A DNA stretch of 32,000 nucleotides from Candidatus Saganbacteria bacterium (GTDB lineage: Bacteria; Margulisbacteria; WOR-1; JAKLHX01): NCBI GenBank assembly GCA_026387835.1, contig JAPLKZ010000013.1:90001-122000 (forward strand), in the 5' to 3' direction. The notes below the pieces were generated by a model. That model worked only from the letters and a program-made list of their open reading frames with translations, did not search any database and was not told the DNA's origin. A program made the position numbers and the translations under genes. Positions 15,881-24,815 of this stretch are shown here, in pieces (the stretch's first letter is position 1; each line of letters begins with the position of its first letter).

Positions 15881-18124
15881 TTACTCCAAGTTCTCCAGCT
15901 CGTATTCTTCCATCATCGCAAGTAGTGCAAGAAGGAAAGATACCGTGCTCTCGGCTCCCTGGTTCATGCTGGCGCCGCCCTGCATAAGGCCGTCGGAGCA
16001 TCCTTTTGAGGCCATATCATACATGGGAACTCCCAGATCGTTCTCTCCAAGGAACCAGTCGAACGCCTGTTTCATCTTCTTCAGGTATCCGGTGTCATGC
16101 GTCACCCTGTAGGCCGATTGCAGCGCCATTACCATCGAAGCGGCATCTATGGACTGCTGGTCAAACTGGGCTTTTTTGCCGCCTTTGGTGAACCAGCCGT
16201 TACTTCCCACGACTGAAAGGATGCCGTCCTTAAAAACGATCTTTTCCAAAAAGGCCAGAGATTCTTTCGCGGTCTTCAGCAGTTTTTCGTCTTTAAGGAT
16301 ACTATAAGCATTAAACAGCGACATGGGCATGATCGCGTTATCATAGCAAAGGATATCCTCGAACCATTTCCACTGATCGCCCGCATGCTTCTGATATGCA
16401 CCCTCCAGGTCATTTATTATTTTTTTCAACAGCTCATATGCCTGTTCGTCCGAATTAAATATCCTCAGGTAGCACACTATCCCCAGGGCAGCAAAGGCTT
16501 TGCCTCTAAGATTAAGCTTAGGGATAATATTGAACGATTTCTTGATCATTTCCGCGGCAAAAGACCTGTAGGCCTCGTTCTTTGTCCTCCAGATAAGAAA
16601 CCCAAGCGACCAGATCGCCCTGCCGTTACTGTCGTCCGAGCCCTTTTCCTCCAGATGGTTCCTTTTATAATCTATAAAATTGGCAAAGCCGCCGTCTTCT
16701 TTCTGCATGTACTTGACAAAACTGCAATAGATGGAAAGCAGGTCCTCGGCTTCTTTGTCCTCCAGAAGAGATGCCGCCCACGCGGCAAGCATTATCGCTC
16801 TTGCGTTATCGTCAAGGCAGTAGCCGGTGCTCCTGTCAGGCACGAGATATTTTGCGTGCTGGATCATCCCCGTATCATCGGTCAGCCTTTTTATGTGGGT
16901 CAGGTCAAAGGCCGGCAATCCCATCACCGACGTTGACTTGGGGTAATGCGAAAAGACCGGTTTCTTTTCGGAGGAGACTTTTGAAAGGAGCTCCGCGTAT
17001 TTTGCTGATATCTTCTTCCATGTCATCTGCCTTCCGGACTCATAAGCTTTTTTTTGCAGGGCCTTGAGTTTTTTTTCGTTCATTAAGAGGTCCCTGAGTA
17101 TCTCCGAGAGTTTTTCTGAGTCGTTAAAATCAAACAAATATCCCCTGCCGCCTGACAGCATCTCTTCGGCGTACCAGTAGGGGGTGGAGATTATCGCATT
17201 GCCGGCGCCGATCGCGTACGAAAGAGTGCCGCTGACGACCTGAGCTTTGTTCATATAAGGAGTGATATAGATGTCAGATGCCGAAAGCCAAGCGTAAAGC
17301 TCTTCTATTGTCACGAACCTGTCATCGAAAATGACATAAGGCCTGAGGTTCAGCTTGCCGACAAGCTTGATAAGGCTTTCCCTGTATCTCTCTCCCTGTT
17401 CTTTTTGGACATGAGGATGGGTCTTTCCCAGTATCACGTAAGTGAGGTCGGGAAAATCTTTTATCACGGAAGGCAGTGACTTTATGACCGTCTCTATCCC
17501 CTTGTTGGGGGCTAAAAGGCCGAACGTCAGTATCATCTTTTTGCCTTCAAGCTTGAAGCGTTTTTTATAATGTGAGGAGTCAAGAGAAGTGAAATCCGGC
17601 GTCCCGTGAAGTATCAGCTCTATTTTTTCGCCCGGCGCGTTATAGACATCTTTCAGCAGTTCAATGCTTTTTCTGCTCATGACGACGATATTGTTGGAGC
17701 GCTGGATGATCTCCGACATTATCCTCTTCTGGTTGGCGTTGGGATTTTGAAGCACGGTATGAAGTGTCGTGATAAGCGGCACGTTAAGCCTTGACAGAAG
17801 AGAAAGTATATATATTCCATCCCATCCGCCGAATATGCCGAATTCATGCTGCAGGCAGACAACCTGGGCGTTGCTGGTGTTTATTATGTTGGCGGCATCA
17901 AGATAATCCTTCTGCCTGTTCTGGTTGATAGAAAAGATCACTTCTTTGGGATAATCGTAGATCCGGCCCTCGTCATTTAAAGCGATGGCAAAGATGCTTG
18001 ACTTATCGGACAGCCTTTCGGTGACGGCGTTGCACAGGTCGCTGGTGAAGGTGGCGATGCCGCATATGCGCGGAAGATAGTTCCCGATGAACGCGACATT
18101 AAGTTTTTTCTTGCAGTGGAACAT
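15881..18124 (-). CDS. Glycosyltransferase family 4 (N-terminal half) fused to a large helical C-terminal domain
   Basis: The N-terminal ~390 aa are GT-B/GT4-like (VAFIGNYLPRICGIATFTSDL, ILTFGLLAPNKGIE, acceptor/donor lobes). The C-terminal ~360 aa are Trp/Tyr-rich repeats suggesting an alpha/alpha toroid. ATG at rc 18122-18124 is preferred; the track uses a TTG at 18154. Confidence 0.75.
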   Translation of the reverse strand: MFHCKKKLNVAFIGNYLPRICGIATFTSDLCNAVTERLSDKSSIFAIALNDEGRIYDYPKEVIFSINQNRQKDYLDAANIINTSNAQVVCLQHEFGIFGGWDGIYILSLLSRLNVPLITTLHTVLQNPNANQKRIMSEIIQRSNNIVVMSRKSIELLKDVYNAPGEKIELILHGTPDFTSLDSSHYKKRFKLEGKKMILTFGLLAPNKGIETVIKSLPSVIKDFPDLTYVILGKTHPHVQKEQGERYRESLIKLVGKLNLRPYVIFDDRFVTIEELYAWLSASDIYITPYMNKAQVVSGTLSYAIGAGNAIISTPYWYAEEMLSGGRGYLFDFNDSEKLSEILRDLLMNEKKLKALQKKAYESGRQMTWKKISAKYAELLSKVSSEKKPVFSHYPKSTSVMGLPAFDLTHIKRLTDDTGMIQHAKYLVPDRSTGYCLDDNARAIMLAAWAASLLEDKEAEDLLSIYCSFVKYMQKEDGGFANFIDYKRNHLEEKGSDDSNGRAIWSLGFLIWRTKNEAYRSFAAEMIKKSFNIIPKLNLRGKAFAALGIVCYLRIFNSDEQAYELLKKIINDLEGAYQKHAGDQWKWFEDILCYDNAIMPMSLFNAYSILKDEKLLKTAKESLAFLEKIVFKDGILSVVGSNGWFTKGGKKAQFDQQSIDAASMVMALQSAYRVTHDTGYLKKMKQAFDWFLGENDLGVPMYDMASKGCSDGLMQGGASMNQGAESTVSFLLALLAMMEEYELENLE

Positions 18125-18202
18125 GATCTTGGCCTTTTGTATCCTTGAATCCAATTATATACTAATAATGGGAGGATAAACTCAAAACTCCGGTTTTGGC
18201 TA

Positions 18203-18211
18203 TGTTATAAT
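18203..18211 (+). promoter_or_regulatory. Candidate extended -10 box for the tRNA cluster
   Basis: TGTTATAAT ends 15 nt before tRNA-Lys. Confidence 0.45.
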
Positions 18212-18226
18212 TATTTTTGTATACCT

Positions 18227-18299
18227 GAGCCACTAGCTCATCTGGTAGAGCACTTGCCTTTTAAGCAAGTGGTGCCGCGTTCGAGTCGCGGGTGGCTCA
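18227..18299 (+). tRNA. tRNA-Lys (anticodon UUU)
   Basis: 73 nt; acceptor GAGCCAC/GTGGCTC; anticodon arm CTTGC-CTTTTAA-GCAAG; T loop GTTCGAGTC. Confidence 0.93.
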
Positions 18300-18305
18300 A
18301 ATTAT

Positions 18306-18381
18306 GGGCCCGTGGTGTAGCCTGGTCTAACACGCATGCCTGTCACGCATGAGATCGAGGGTTCAAATCCCTTCGGGCCCG
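18306..18381 (+). tRNA. tRNA-Asp (anticodon GUC)
   Basis: 76 nt; acceptor GGGCCCG/CGGGCCC; anticodon arm CATGC-CTGTCAC-GCATG; T loop GGTTCAAATCC. Confidence 0.92.
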
Positions 18382-18387
18382 TTTGTT

Positions 18388-18460
18388 GGCGGGTTAGCTC
18401 AGTTGGTAGAGCAGTAGCCTGAAAAGCTATGTGTCCTCAGTTCAATTCTGAGACCCGCCA
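18388..18460 (+). tRNA. tRNA-Phe (anticodon GAA)
   Basis: 73 nt; acceptor GGCGGGT/ACCCGCC; positions 34-36 are GAA in loop CTGAAAA. Confidence 0.92.
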
Positions 18461-18480
18461 AATTATCTTTTTTGCTGTGG

Positions 18481-18512
18481 GCTTGCGCCGAGCGAGTGAA
18501 GCGAGTCGAGGC
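18481..18512 (-). repeat. GC-rich motif copy 3 (diverged), in the tRNA-Phe/tRNA-Thr spacer
   Basis: The reverse strand reads ..GCCTCGACTCGCTTCACTCGCTCGGCGCAAGC. It shares the CCTCGAC ... CTCGG(G/C)GCAAGC frame with 318-345 and 10380-10406. Confidence 0.6.
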
Positions 18513-18585
18513 GCCGACGTAGCTCAGCTGGTAGAGCAGCTGTTTCGTAAACAGCAGGTCGTCAGTTCAATCCTGACCGTCGGCT
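18513..18585 (+). tRNA. tRNA-Thr (anticodon CGU)
   Basis: 73 nt; acceptor GCCGACG/CGTCGGC; loop TTCGTAA. Confidence 0.92.
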
Positions 18586-18598
18586 TTAATAAGTTTTA

Positions 18599-18607
18599 TG
18601 TTAGAAT
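18599..18607 (+). promoter_or_regulatory. Candidate extended -10 box for the receiver-domain gene
   Basis: TGTTAGAAT lies 22 nt before the ATG at 18630, and a GAAAGGAAG RBS lies between them. Confidence 0.4.
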
Positions 18608-18629
18608 ATGCTATCTGAAAGGAAGAAAT

Positions 18630-19004
18630 ATGTCAAAAAAAATACTTGTGATCGATGATGAAAATGATGTGGTGGAGATACTCAAGACGATCCTTGAGCA
18701 TGAAAAATATGAAGTGATAAGCAGTTACGGCGGTGAAGACGGGCTTAAAAAAGCGATAGCATCTAAGCCCGACCTCATAATCACGGACATAATGATGCCG
18801 GGGATGGACGGTTTCGAGTTCGTGCAAAAGCTTAAAGAGAACATGGAGACGTTCAATATCCCCGTGATCATGCTGACCGCAAAGGACCAGGGAGTTGACA
18901 GGGAAAAAGGCCTGGCGCTCGGCGTGATAGCTTACATAGTAAAACTGTTCGATCTTGAAGAGCTTATATCCACGGTAAAAGACGCAGTCGAAAAGAAAAA
19001 ATGA
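18630..19004 (+). CDS. Single-domain response regulator (CheY-like receiver)
   Basis: 124 aa: KILVIDDE, DLIITDIMMPGMDGFEF (phospho-acceptor Asp), PVIMLTA, and a conserved Lys in YIVKLF. The track ORF start at 18429 runs through tRNA genes and was trimmed. Confidence 0.9.
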   Translation: MSKKILVIDDENDVVEILKTILEHEKYEVISSYGGEDGLKKAIASKPDLIITDIMMPGMDGFEFVQKLKENMETFNIPVIMLTAKDQGVDREKGLALGVIAYIVKLFDLEELISTVKDAVEKKK

Positions 19005-19016
19005 ATGAGCCGAAGC

Positions 19017-19089
19017 GCTGGCGTAGCTCAGCTGGTAGAGCAGCGGTTTTGTAAACCGCAGGTCGTCAGTTCAATCCTGACCGCCAGCT
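19017..19089 (+). tRNA. tRNA-Thr (anticodon UGU)
   Basis: 73 nt; acceptor GCTGGCG/CGCCAGC; loop TTTGTAA; followed by TTTTTT. Confidence 0.92.
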
Positions 19090-19126
19090 TTTTTAAAGTC
19101 CAAGCTTAATCCTTACAGTTAAGAAT

Positions 19127-19780
19127 ATGAAAATCCATACCATTATTGTCGGCCCGATACAAACGAACTGCTCTATCATATTTGATGAAGGTTCAAAAGA
19201 GGGCATCATAATAGATCCCGGAGAAGAAGCCGAAAAAATACTGTCTTTTGTCAACGGCAATTCACTGAAGATCACATCGATAATCGCGACCCACGGCCAT
19301 TTCGACCATGTGACAGCCGTGTCGGAACTGAAAGAAAAGCTAAAGGCACCTTTCTCTGTACATAAAAAAGATGCGTTTTTATTGTCGGAAGCGGTTGCTC
19401 CTTTCGCGGCGATGCTGGGTTTTAAGGCCGGACGGGCAAAGATCGACAGGCTTTTGAAGGACCATGACTTGATAGAGTTCAAAAATAACCAGTTCGAGGT
19501 CATACACACTCCGGGCCATACGCAGGGTTCGGTCTGTTTCTATAATAGAAAGGGAAACGTCCTTTTTTCAGGCGACACGCTTTTCAAGGGAGATGTCGGA
19601 AGGACGGACCTTCCCGGAGGGTCTACCCGCCAGATAACGCAGTCCGTAAAGAAAAGGCTTTTCGTGTTGCCTGATGAAACGTTTGTAATACCGGGGCACG
19701 GTCAGACAACAAATATCTTGAGCGAGAAGAACGATCCTTATTTAAAAGGGCTGATATACGGAGAGAACAGTGGGCAGTAA
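19127..19780 (+). CDS. MBL-fold metallo-hydrolase (glyoxalase II-like)
   Basis: ATHGHFDH metal motif, then HTPGHTQGS and GDTLF. Confidence 0.85.
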   Translation: MKIHTIIVGPIQTNCSIIFDEGSKEGIIIDPGEEAEKILSFVNGNSLKITSIIATHGHFDHVTAVSELKEKLKAPFSVHKKDAFLLSEAVAPFAAMLGFKAGRAKIDRLLKDHDLIEFKNNQFEVIHTPGHTQGSVCFYNRKGNVLFSGDTLFKGDVGRTDLPGGSTRQITQSVKKRLFVLPDETFVIPGHGQTTNILSEKNDPYLKGLIYGENSGQ

Positions 19781-20726
19781 GAACATCTTCTTCTTTTACG
19801 GTGACGAAGATTATTTGATGGAAGAAGAGATCGACAGGCTGAAAAGCATGATGACAACAGAAACCGTCAACATAGCAGTGGAGCGCTTCACGCCGGACGA
19901 CTGTGATCCCATGAACCTTTTACAGGTCATATTTACTCCTTCGCTCTTTCAAAACGAACGTTTGATCGTGGTGTCGGGATACGGCGAAGAAGATTACCTG
20001 GAAATATTAAACGGCGCGGAAAACATCCCTTCGGGCATCATATTGGTCATCACAGAGAAAAAAACCGATAAAAGGACAAAGTTCTTCAAGGAAGTCCAGA
20101 AAAGAGCTGTAGTGAAAGAGTTCAAGGCTTTTGCGCAGTGGGAGACGGCAAAGATTATCTCCCGGATCATCTCAAGATCATCGGCTTCTAGCAAAAAGAT
20201 GGATGAAAAAACAGCTGCTTTGCTGAACGAGGTGTCAGGGCCTTCGCTCAGGCAGCTCGCTTCCGAGATCGAGAAACTCTCCACTTACGCCGGAGGAAGA
20301 GACAGTATAACTTCAGAGGACGTGAGGCGCCTCGCGGTATCGGGAGAGCTCGGGGCTTTTGCCGTAGAGAACGCGCTGGCTTCAAGAGATATCAAAGGCG
20401 CGTTAAGTGCTTTGACGGTCCTGATGAGGTCAAAAGAACGGGCCGAAGCGATACTGGGAAGGATCGCTTCAAGGATCAGGACCTATCTGATGATAAAAAG
20501 CCTGCAAAGCGCGGGAAGATCAAGGGACGAGATCATAAAGAGGATGGGGATGAACCCTTATTATTTTGAAAGATGCGAAGACGGCGCGTCGTCTTACTGC
20601 TTGGACGAACTTTGCGCGGCGGTCAACAAGCTGTCAAAAGCCGATCTCGACCTTAAGACCACAATGAAGCCCGCGGATGTCGTCATGCAGCTGCTGATCA
20701 CGGATATACTGGCAAAAGGGGACTGA
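19770..20726 (+). CDS. holA: DNA polymerase III delta subunit
   Basis: 318 aa with an IFFFYGDEDYLMEEEIDRLK-type N-terminus and a C-terminal helical domain. GTG start with GGAGAG 4 nt upstream; overlaps the upstream stop. Confidence 0.75.
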   Translation: MGSKNIFFFYGDEDYLMEEEIDRLKSMMTTETVNIAVERFTPDDCDPMNLLQVIFTPSLFQNERLIVVSGYGEEDYLEILNGAENIPSGIILVITEKKTDKRTKFFKEVQKRAVVKEFKAFAQWETAKIISRIISRSSASSKKMDEKTAALLNEVSGPSLRQLASEIEKLSTYAGGRDSITSEDVRRLAVSGELGAFAVENALASRDIKGALSALTVLMRSKERAEAILGRIASRIRTYLMIKSLQSAGRSRDEIIKRMGMNPYYFERCEDGASSYCLDELCAAVNKLSKADLDLKTTMKPADVVMQLLITDILAKGD

Positions 20727-20730
20727 ACAC

Positions 20731-22419
20731 ATGGAAAACAAAAGGGCCGTATATCTATTAATGGCATTTATCTTCTTTTTTCTCTGCATCGCGGCAAAAC
20801 TGTCGTACCTGCAGTTGTTCAGGCACGCCGATTTTGAAGAAATGTCGCTTGATCAGCACATGAGGATAATCGAACTGTCACCGGACAGGGGGGATATCTG
20901 CGACAGGAACGGAAATATCCTGGCCACATCGGTCGACAGGTGGTCGGTCTATGTAAGGCCGAAAGCGATAAAGGACAAGGGCGCCATAATAAGGCAATTG
21001 TCGGAGATATTTCCCGAAGAAAAAGCTTTGATATCGGCAAAGATGAACGGGACGGCCAATTTCTGGCTTAAAAGAAAAGCCGATAAAATATTTTCAGATA
21101 AAGTCCGGGCTTTAGGATGCACGGGGATAGACATAACGATGGAAAAGAAAAGGATCTATCCCAAAGGGAAGCTTGCCTCGCAGCTTATAGGGTTTGCCGG
21201 GCTCGACAATCAGGGATTATCCGGGATAGAGATAGGATTTGAAGACAGTCTGAAGGGAAAAGCGGGCAGGCTGCTTTTTGAAAAAGATATGGCGGGAAGG
21301 CAGATCGCTACCGGTAGTTTCAGACAGCTTGAGATGCCGGAAGAAGGCATGAACGTCTATCTCACGATCGATGAAGCGATCCAGCACATCGCGCAGGTGT
21401 CATTGAAAGAAGCCGTAACGGGCAGCGGGGCTGTTTCCGGTTCGATCATTGTTGTCGATGTCAGGACCGGGGAAATACTGGCGATAGCCGGTTATCCGGA
21501 TTTTGACCCGAACGATTATTCAAAATATCCGGACGAGAGCAGAAAACTGCCTCCCGTGACGAATATCTATGAACCGGGCTCTACTTTCAAGATAATAACG
21601 GCCTGCGCCGGAATAGAAGAAAATGTCGTAAGTCCGGATTCTGTCATCCCGACGCCGGCGCAGATAAAAGTCGAGGGAATAAAAGTGAACAATTCCCATC
21701 CCGTAAGATATTACGGAAAAAAATCCAAGACTTTTGCTGACGTGATCGCCGAATCCATCAACACCGGTACTTCATATGTCGGACTAAAGCTGGGGTTTGG
21801 CAGGTTCTATAAATACATAACCGCTTTTGGCTTCGGTACAAAGACCGGGATAGATTATCCCGGTGAAGTGAGAGGTTTTGTCAGATCACCGGAAAACCGG
21901 GAAAGCGGGGATGTCGTCACATACACTTTCGGGCAATCGATCGCCGTCACGCCTATCCAGCTCGTCTATGCTATCGCCGCGATAGCCAATGATGGTATCA
22001 GGGTAAAGCCAAAGATAATAAAGAGGATCGAAAGTCCCGATAAGAACGTGATCCGCTCGGACGTCCCGGAGGAATTAGGCAGGGTCATCTCAAAAGAGAC
22101 CGTAAAAAAAGTAAATGAACTTATGAAAGGCGTCGTTTACATGGACCACGGGACAGGGCACAAGGCAAAGATGGCGCAGTTTACGGTCGCCGCAAAGAGC
22201 GGCACCGCACAAATATCCGTCCCCGGGAAAGGATATCTCAAGGGCCGGTTCGTAGCTTCTTTCGTGGGATTCATCCCTGCGGACAGACCGAGGATCGCGA
22301 TGCTGATAATAATAAACAAGCCGAGCACGTCGAACTGGGGGGCGGTCGTCGCGGCGCCGGTATTTAAAGAAGTCGGAGAATTTGCCCTGAGATATTTGAA
22401 CGTAGCTCCTGACCTGTGA
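20731..22419 (+). CDS. Class B penicillin-binding protein (PBP2/FtsI-type transpeptidase)
   Basis: N-terminal TM helix, then STFK (SxxK), SIN (SxN) and KSG (KTG-type) motifs in the correct order. Confidence 0.9.
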   Translation: MENKRAVYLLMAFIFFFLCIAAKLSYLQLFRHADFEEMSLDQHMRIIELSPDRGDICDRNGNILATSVDRWSVYVRPKAIKDKGAIIRQLSEIFPEEKALISAKMNGTANFWLKRKADKIFSDKVRALGCTGIDITMEKKRIYPKGKLASQLIGFAGLDNQGLSGIEIGFEDSLKGKAGRLLFEKDMAGRQIATGSFRQLEMPEEGMNVYLTIDEAIQHIAQVSLKEAVTGSGAVSGSIIVVDVRTGEILAIAGYPDFDPNDYSKYPDESRKLPPVTNIYEPGSTFKIITACAGIEENVVSPDSVIPTPAQIKVEGIKVNNSHPVRYYGKKSKTFADVIAESINTGTSYVGLKLGFGRFYKYITAFGFGTKTGIDYPGEVRGFVRSPENRESGDVVTYTFGQSIAVTPIQLVYAIAAIANDGIRVKPKIIKRIESPDKNVIRSDVPEELGRVISKETVKKVNELMKGVVYMDHGTGHKAKMAQFTVAAKSGTAQISVPGKGYLKGRFVASFVGFIPADRPRIAMLIIINKPSTSNWGAVVAAPVFKEVGEFALRYLNVAPDL

Positions 22420-22425
22420 TATACT
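22417..22425 (+). promoter_or_regulatory. Candidate extended -10 box for trpS, overlapping the PBP stop codon
   Basis: TGATATACT lies 11 nt before the trpS ATG at 22437. No Shine-Dalgarno. Confidence 0.35.
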
Positions 22426-22436
22426 TTATTTGAAAA

Positions 22437-23414
22437 ATGTCCAGAATTTTATCGGGAATACAGCCTTCCGGAAAGCTCCATCTCGGGAACCTGATAGGAG
22501 CGCTTTCAAACTGGGTCAAACTTCAGCATGAGCACGAATCTTTTTTTGAGATAGCCGATCTCCACGCTCTGACGACCGGATATCTCGATATCTCGGAACT
22601 GAAGGACAATATAAAAGAGCTTGCGATCGACATGGTTTCTGCTGGACTTGACCCCAATGTCTGTTCAATATTCATCCAGTCAGAGATCCCGGAGCACAGC
22701 GAGCTCCATCTGCTCTTCTCGATGATAACTCCTATTTCCTGGCTTGAAAGGGTCCCGACGTATAAGAGCAAGATAGAGGAATTAAAAGGTGTTGACCTCG
22801 GAACGTACGGATTTTTGGGATATCCCGTGCTTCAGGCGGCGGACATCCTAATATATAAAGCCGACCTTGTACCTGTCGGCCAGGACCAGCTTCCTCATCT
22901 CGAGCTGACAAGGGAGATCGCAAGAAGGTTCAACAATCTTTACGGGAATGTTTTCCCTGAGCCGAAGGAACAGATGACGAATGTTCCTGTTATGCCCGGA
23001 CTTGACGGACTGAAAATGAGCAAAAGTTACGGGAACACGATAGCTATCTCCGACCCTCCTGAAACGATAAGGCGGAAAGTCAGCACGATGATAACAGATC
23101 CCGCCAGGATCAAAAAGGACGATCCGGGGCACCCGGAAGTCTGCGCGGTTTTTTCTTATCACAAGATCTATTCTCTGCCTGATGCGGCGTCGATCGCTTC
23201 ATCGTGCAAAAAAGGTTCGATAGGCTGCGTAGAATGCAAAAAGGCGCTCGCGGAGAAGATAATCAGCTCGCTGTCGCAGATACATAAAAAAAGAAAAGAA
23301 CTTGAATCCGACCCGAAAAAAATAGATGCTATCCTTGAAAAAGGACGCTTAAAAGCTTCAAAGGTCGCCAAGGCGACACTGGACGAGGCAAAACACGCGA
23401 TGGGGCTTAAGTGA
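22437..23414 (+). CDS. trpS: Tryptophanyl-tRNA synthetase
   Basis: SGIQPSGKLHLGNLIGA (HIGH-type), VPVGQDQLPHLELTREIA, KMSKS. Confidence 0.95.
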   Translation: MSRILSGIQPSGKLHLGNLIGALSNWVKLQHEHESFFEIADLHALTTGYLDISELKDNIKELAIDMVSAGLDPNVCSIFIQSEIPEHSELHLLFSMITPISWLERVPTYKSKIEELKGVDLGTYGFLGYPVLQAADILIYKADLVPVGQDQLPHLELTREIARRFNNLYGNVFPEPKEQMTNVPVMPGLDGLKMSKSYGNTIAISDPPETIRRKVSTMITDPARIKKDDPGHPEVCAVFSYHKIYSLPDAASIASSCKKGSIGCVECKKALAEKIISSLSQIHKKRKELESDPKKIDAILEKGRLKASKVAKATLDEAKHAMGLK

Positions 23415-24241
23415 TGGAAAACATAGATATCCAAAATATCCCTCCGGGGTTACAGACGGTCAAAATGCCGGATATCACAACGATACCGTCAGATATGCTT
23501 GAAGCGCATGAAGGCACCGGCGCTTTTACCGTGACGCTTCCGATCTTTGAAGGGCATTTTGACGCCCTTCTTGACATGTTAGAAAAAAAGAAGATGGATA
23601 TCTGCGATATCAGCCTGACCGATATCACGCGCCAGTACCTGGAATACCTTTCCCTGGCGCAGTCCCTCAACCTGTCTTTTGCTTCGGAGTTCCTGGTCAT
23701 TGCCGCATATCTGTTGGAACAAAAATCGAGGGCCGTGCTGCCGAAAGAGGAAGAAGAGCAGGAAGAAGAGGAAAAGATCGGGACATCTCTGGTGGACCAT
23801 CTGATGCAGTACAGGGTGTTCAAGAGCATCTCGCAATCGTTGAAAGAGAAAAAAGAACTGTTCTCCAGGATATTCCACCGTTCCAAGGGAGAGCAGGGTC
23901 CTTCGGGCGAGAGGAATTACGTTTTGAGGGACCTCGGAGTGGAAGACCTGGTCAGCGCTTTCAGGAAGATCTGGCTTGAAGTCAGGGAACGCGGCGAAGA
24001 ATTCGAAATAGCGGATGATGTGATGACCGTCGGTGACAAGATAAAGGAGATAACCGGACTTCTTTCGGCTGCGACAGAAGGGGTTGTCTTTGAAGCGCTG
24101 TTCAGGACAAAGACAAGGCTTGAAGTGATAATAACGTTCCTGGCGCTGCTTGAGATGATAAGATCAAAGGCCGTTATCATAAAGCAGGAAAAGATGTTCG
24201 GGCAGATAATGATAATACCGGCGGGAGTGGAGTCTTTATGA
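23414..24241 (+). CDS. scpA: Segregation and condensation protein A
   Basis: ScpA pattern (FEGHFDALLDMLEKKKMDICDISLTDITRQYLEYL, C-terminal winged helix). The ATG shares one base with the trpS TGA; an in-frame GTG at 23411 is an alternative start. Confidence 0.85.
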   Translation: MENIDIQNIPPGLQTVKMPDITTIPSDMLEAHEGTGAFTVTLPIFEGHFDALLDMLEKKKMDICDISLTDITRQYLEYLSLAQSLNLSFASEFLVIAAYLLEQKSRAVLPKEEEEQEEEEKIGTSLVDHLMQYRVFKSISQSLKEKKELFSRIFHRSKGEQGPSGERNYVLRDLGVEDLVSAFRKIWLEVRERGEEFEIADDVMTVGDKIKEITGLLSAATEGVVFEALFRTKTRLEVIITFLALLEMIRSKAVIIKQEKMFGQIMIIPAGVESL

Positions 24242-24798
24242 GCGGCGTAAACAGCCGGACAAAGGATATAATCGAATCCCTTCTGTTCATATCCAAAAGA
24301 CCGCTTTCCGCCGATGAGATGGACGAGATCTGCGGTCTCGGCAAAGAAGAGATAGAAAAAAACCTGGGCGAATTGACGGAGGAATACGCCTCAAGGGGCC
24401 TGCAGATAATAAAACTGGCGCACGGATATGTGCTTGCGACAAGACCAGAGTACAGCAGCTTCATCGAAAAATATCTTAACAGCCCTCTTTCGATAAGCCT
24501 GTCCCCCCAGGCGATCGAGGCGCTTTCGATAATCGCCTACAAGCAGCCGGTCACAAAGCTCGAGGTGGAAAATATCAGGGGTGTCATGTGTGACGCGGTG
24601 ATAAACACCCTGCTTGAAAAACGCCTGATAAAAGAAGCGGGAAGATCTGACCAGGTCGGGAGACCCATCCTTTACGTGACGACGATAGAGTTCCTGAAGC
24701 ATTTCGGGCTTCACGACCTCGGCGAGCTCCCGAAGGTCGATCTTGAAGAGATCGCGGCACAGACGCATATCATGTCCGACGCGCAGCCCGGACTTTAA
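24238..24798 (+). CDS. scpB: Segregation and condensation protein B
   Basis: IESLLFISKRPLS, LSPQAIEALSIIAYKQPVTKLEVENIRG, GRPILYVTT. ATGA overlap with scpA. Confidence 0.88.
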   Translation: MSGVNSRTKDIIESLLFISKRPLSADEMDEICGLGKEEIEKNLGELTEEYASRGLQIIKLAHGYVLATRPEYSSFIEKYLNSPLSISLSPQAIEALSIIAYKQPVTKLEVENIRGVMCDAVINTLLEKRLIKEAGRSDQVGRPILYVTTIEFLKHFGLHDLGELPKVDLEEIAAQTHIMSDAQPGL

Positions 24799-24815
24799 GC
24801 AGGACGGTAACGTAA

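Noticed and set aside
18429-18629. N-terminal extension of the response-regulator ORF.
   Set aside because: It is read-through of tRNA-Phe, the spacer and tRNA-Thr. The receiver domain starts at ATG 18630, which has its own RBS.
18513-19089. The two tRNA-Thr genes as attL/attR of an integrated element carrying the receiver gene.
   Set aside because: Both are complete tRNAs with different anticodons and compensatory stem changes, so they are true isoacceptors. No integrase is present and the insert is a single small gene.
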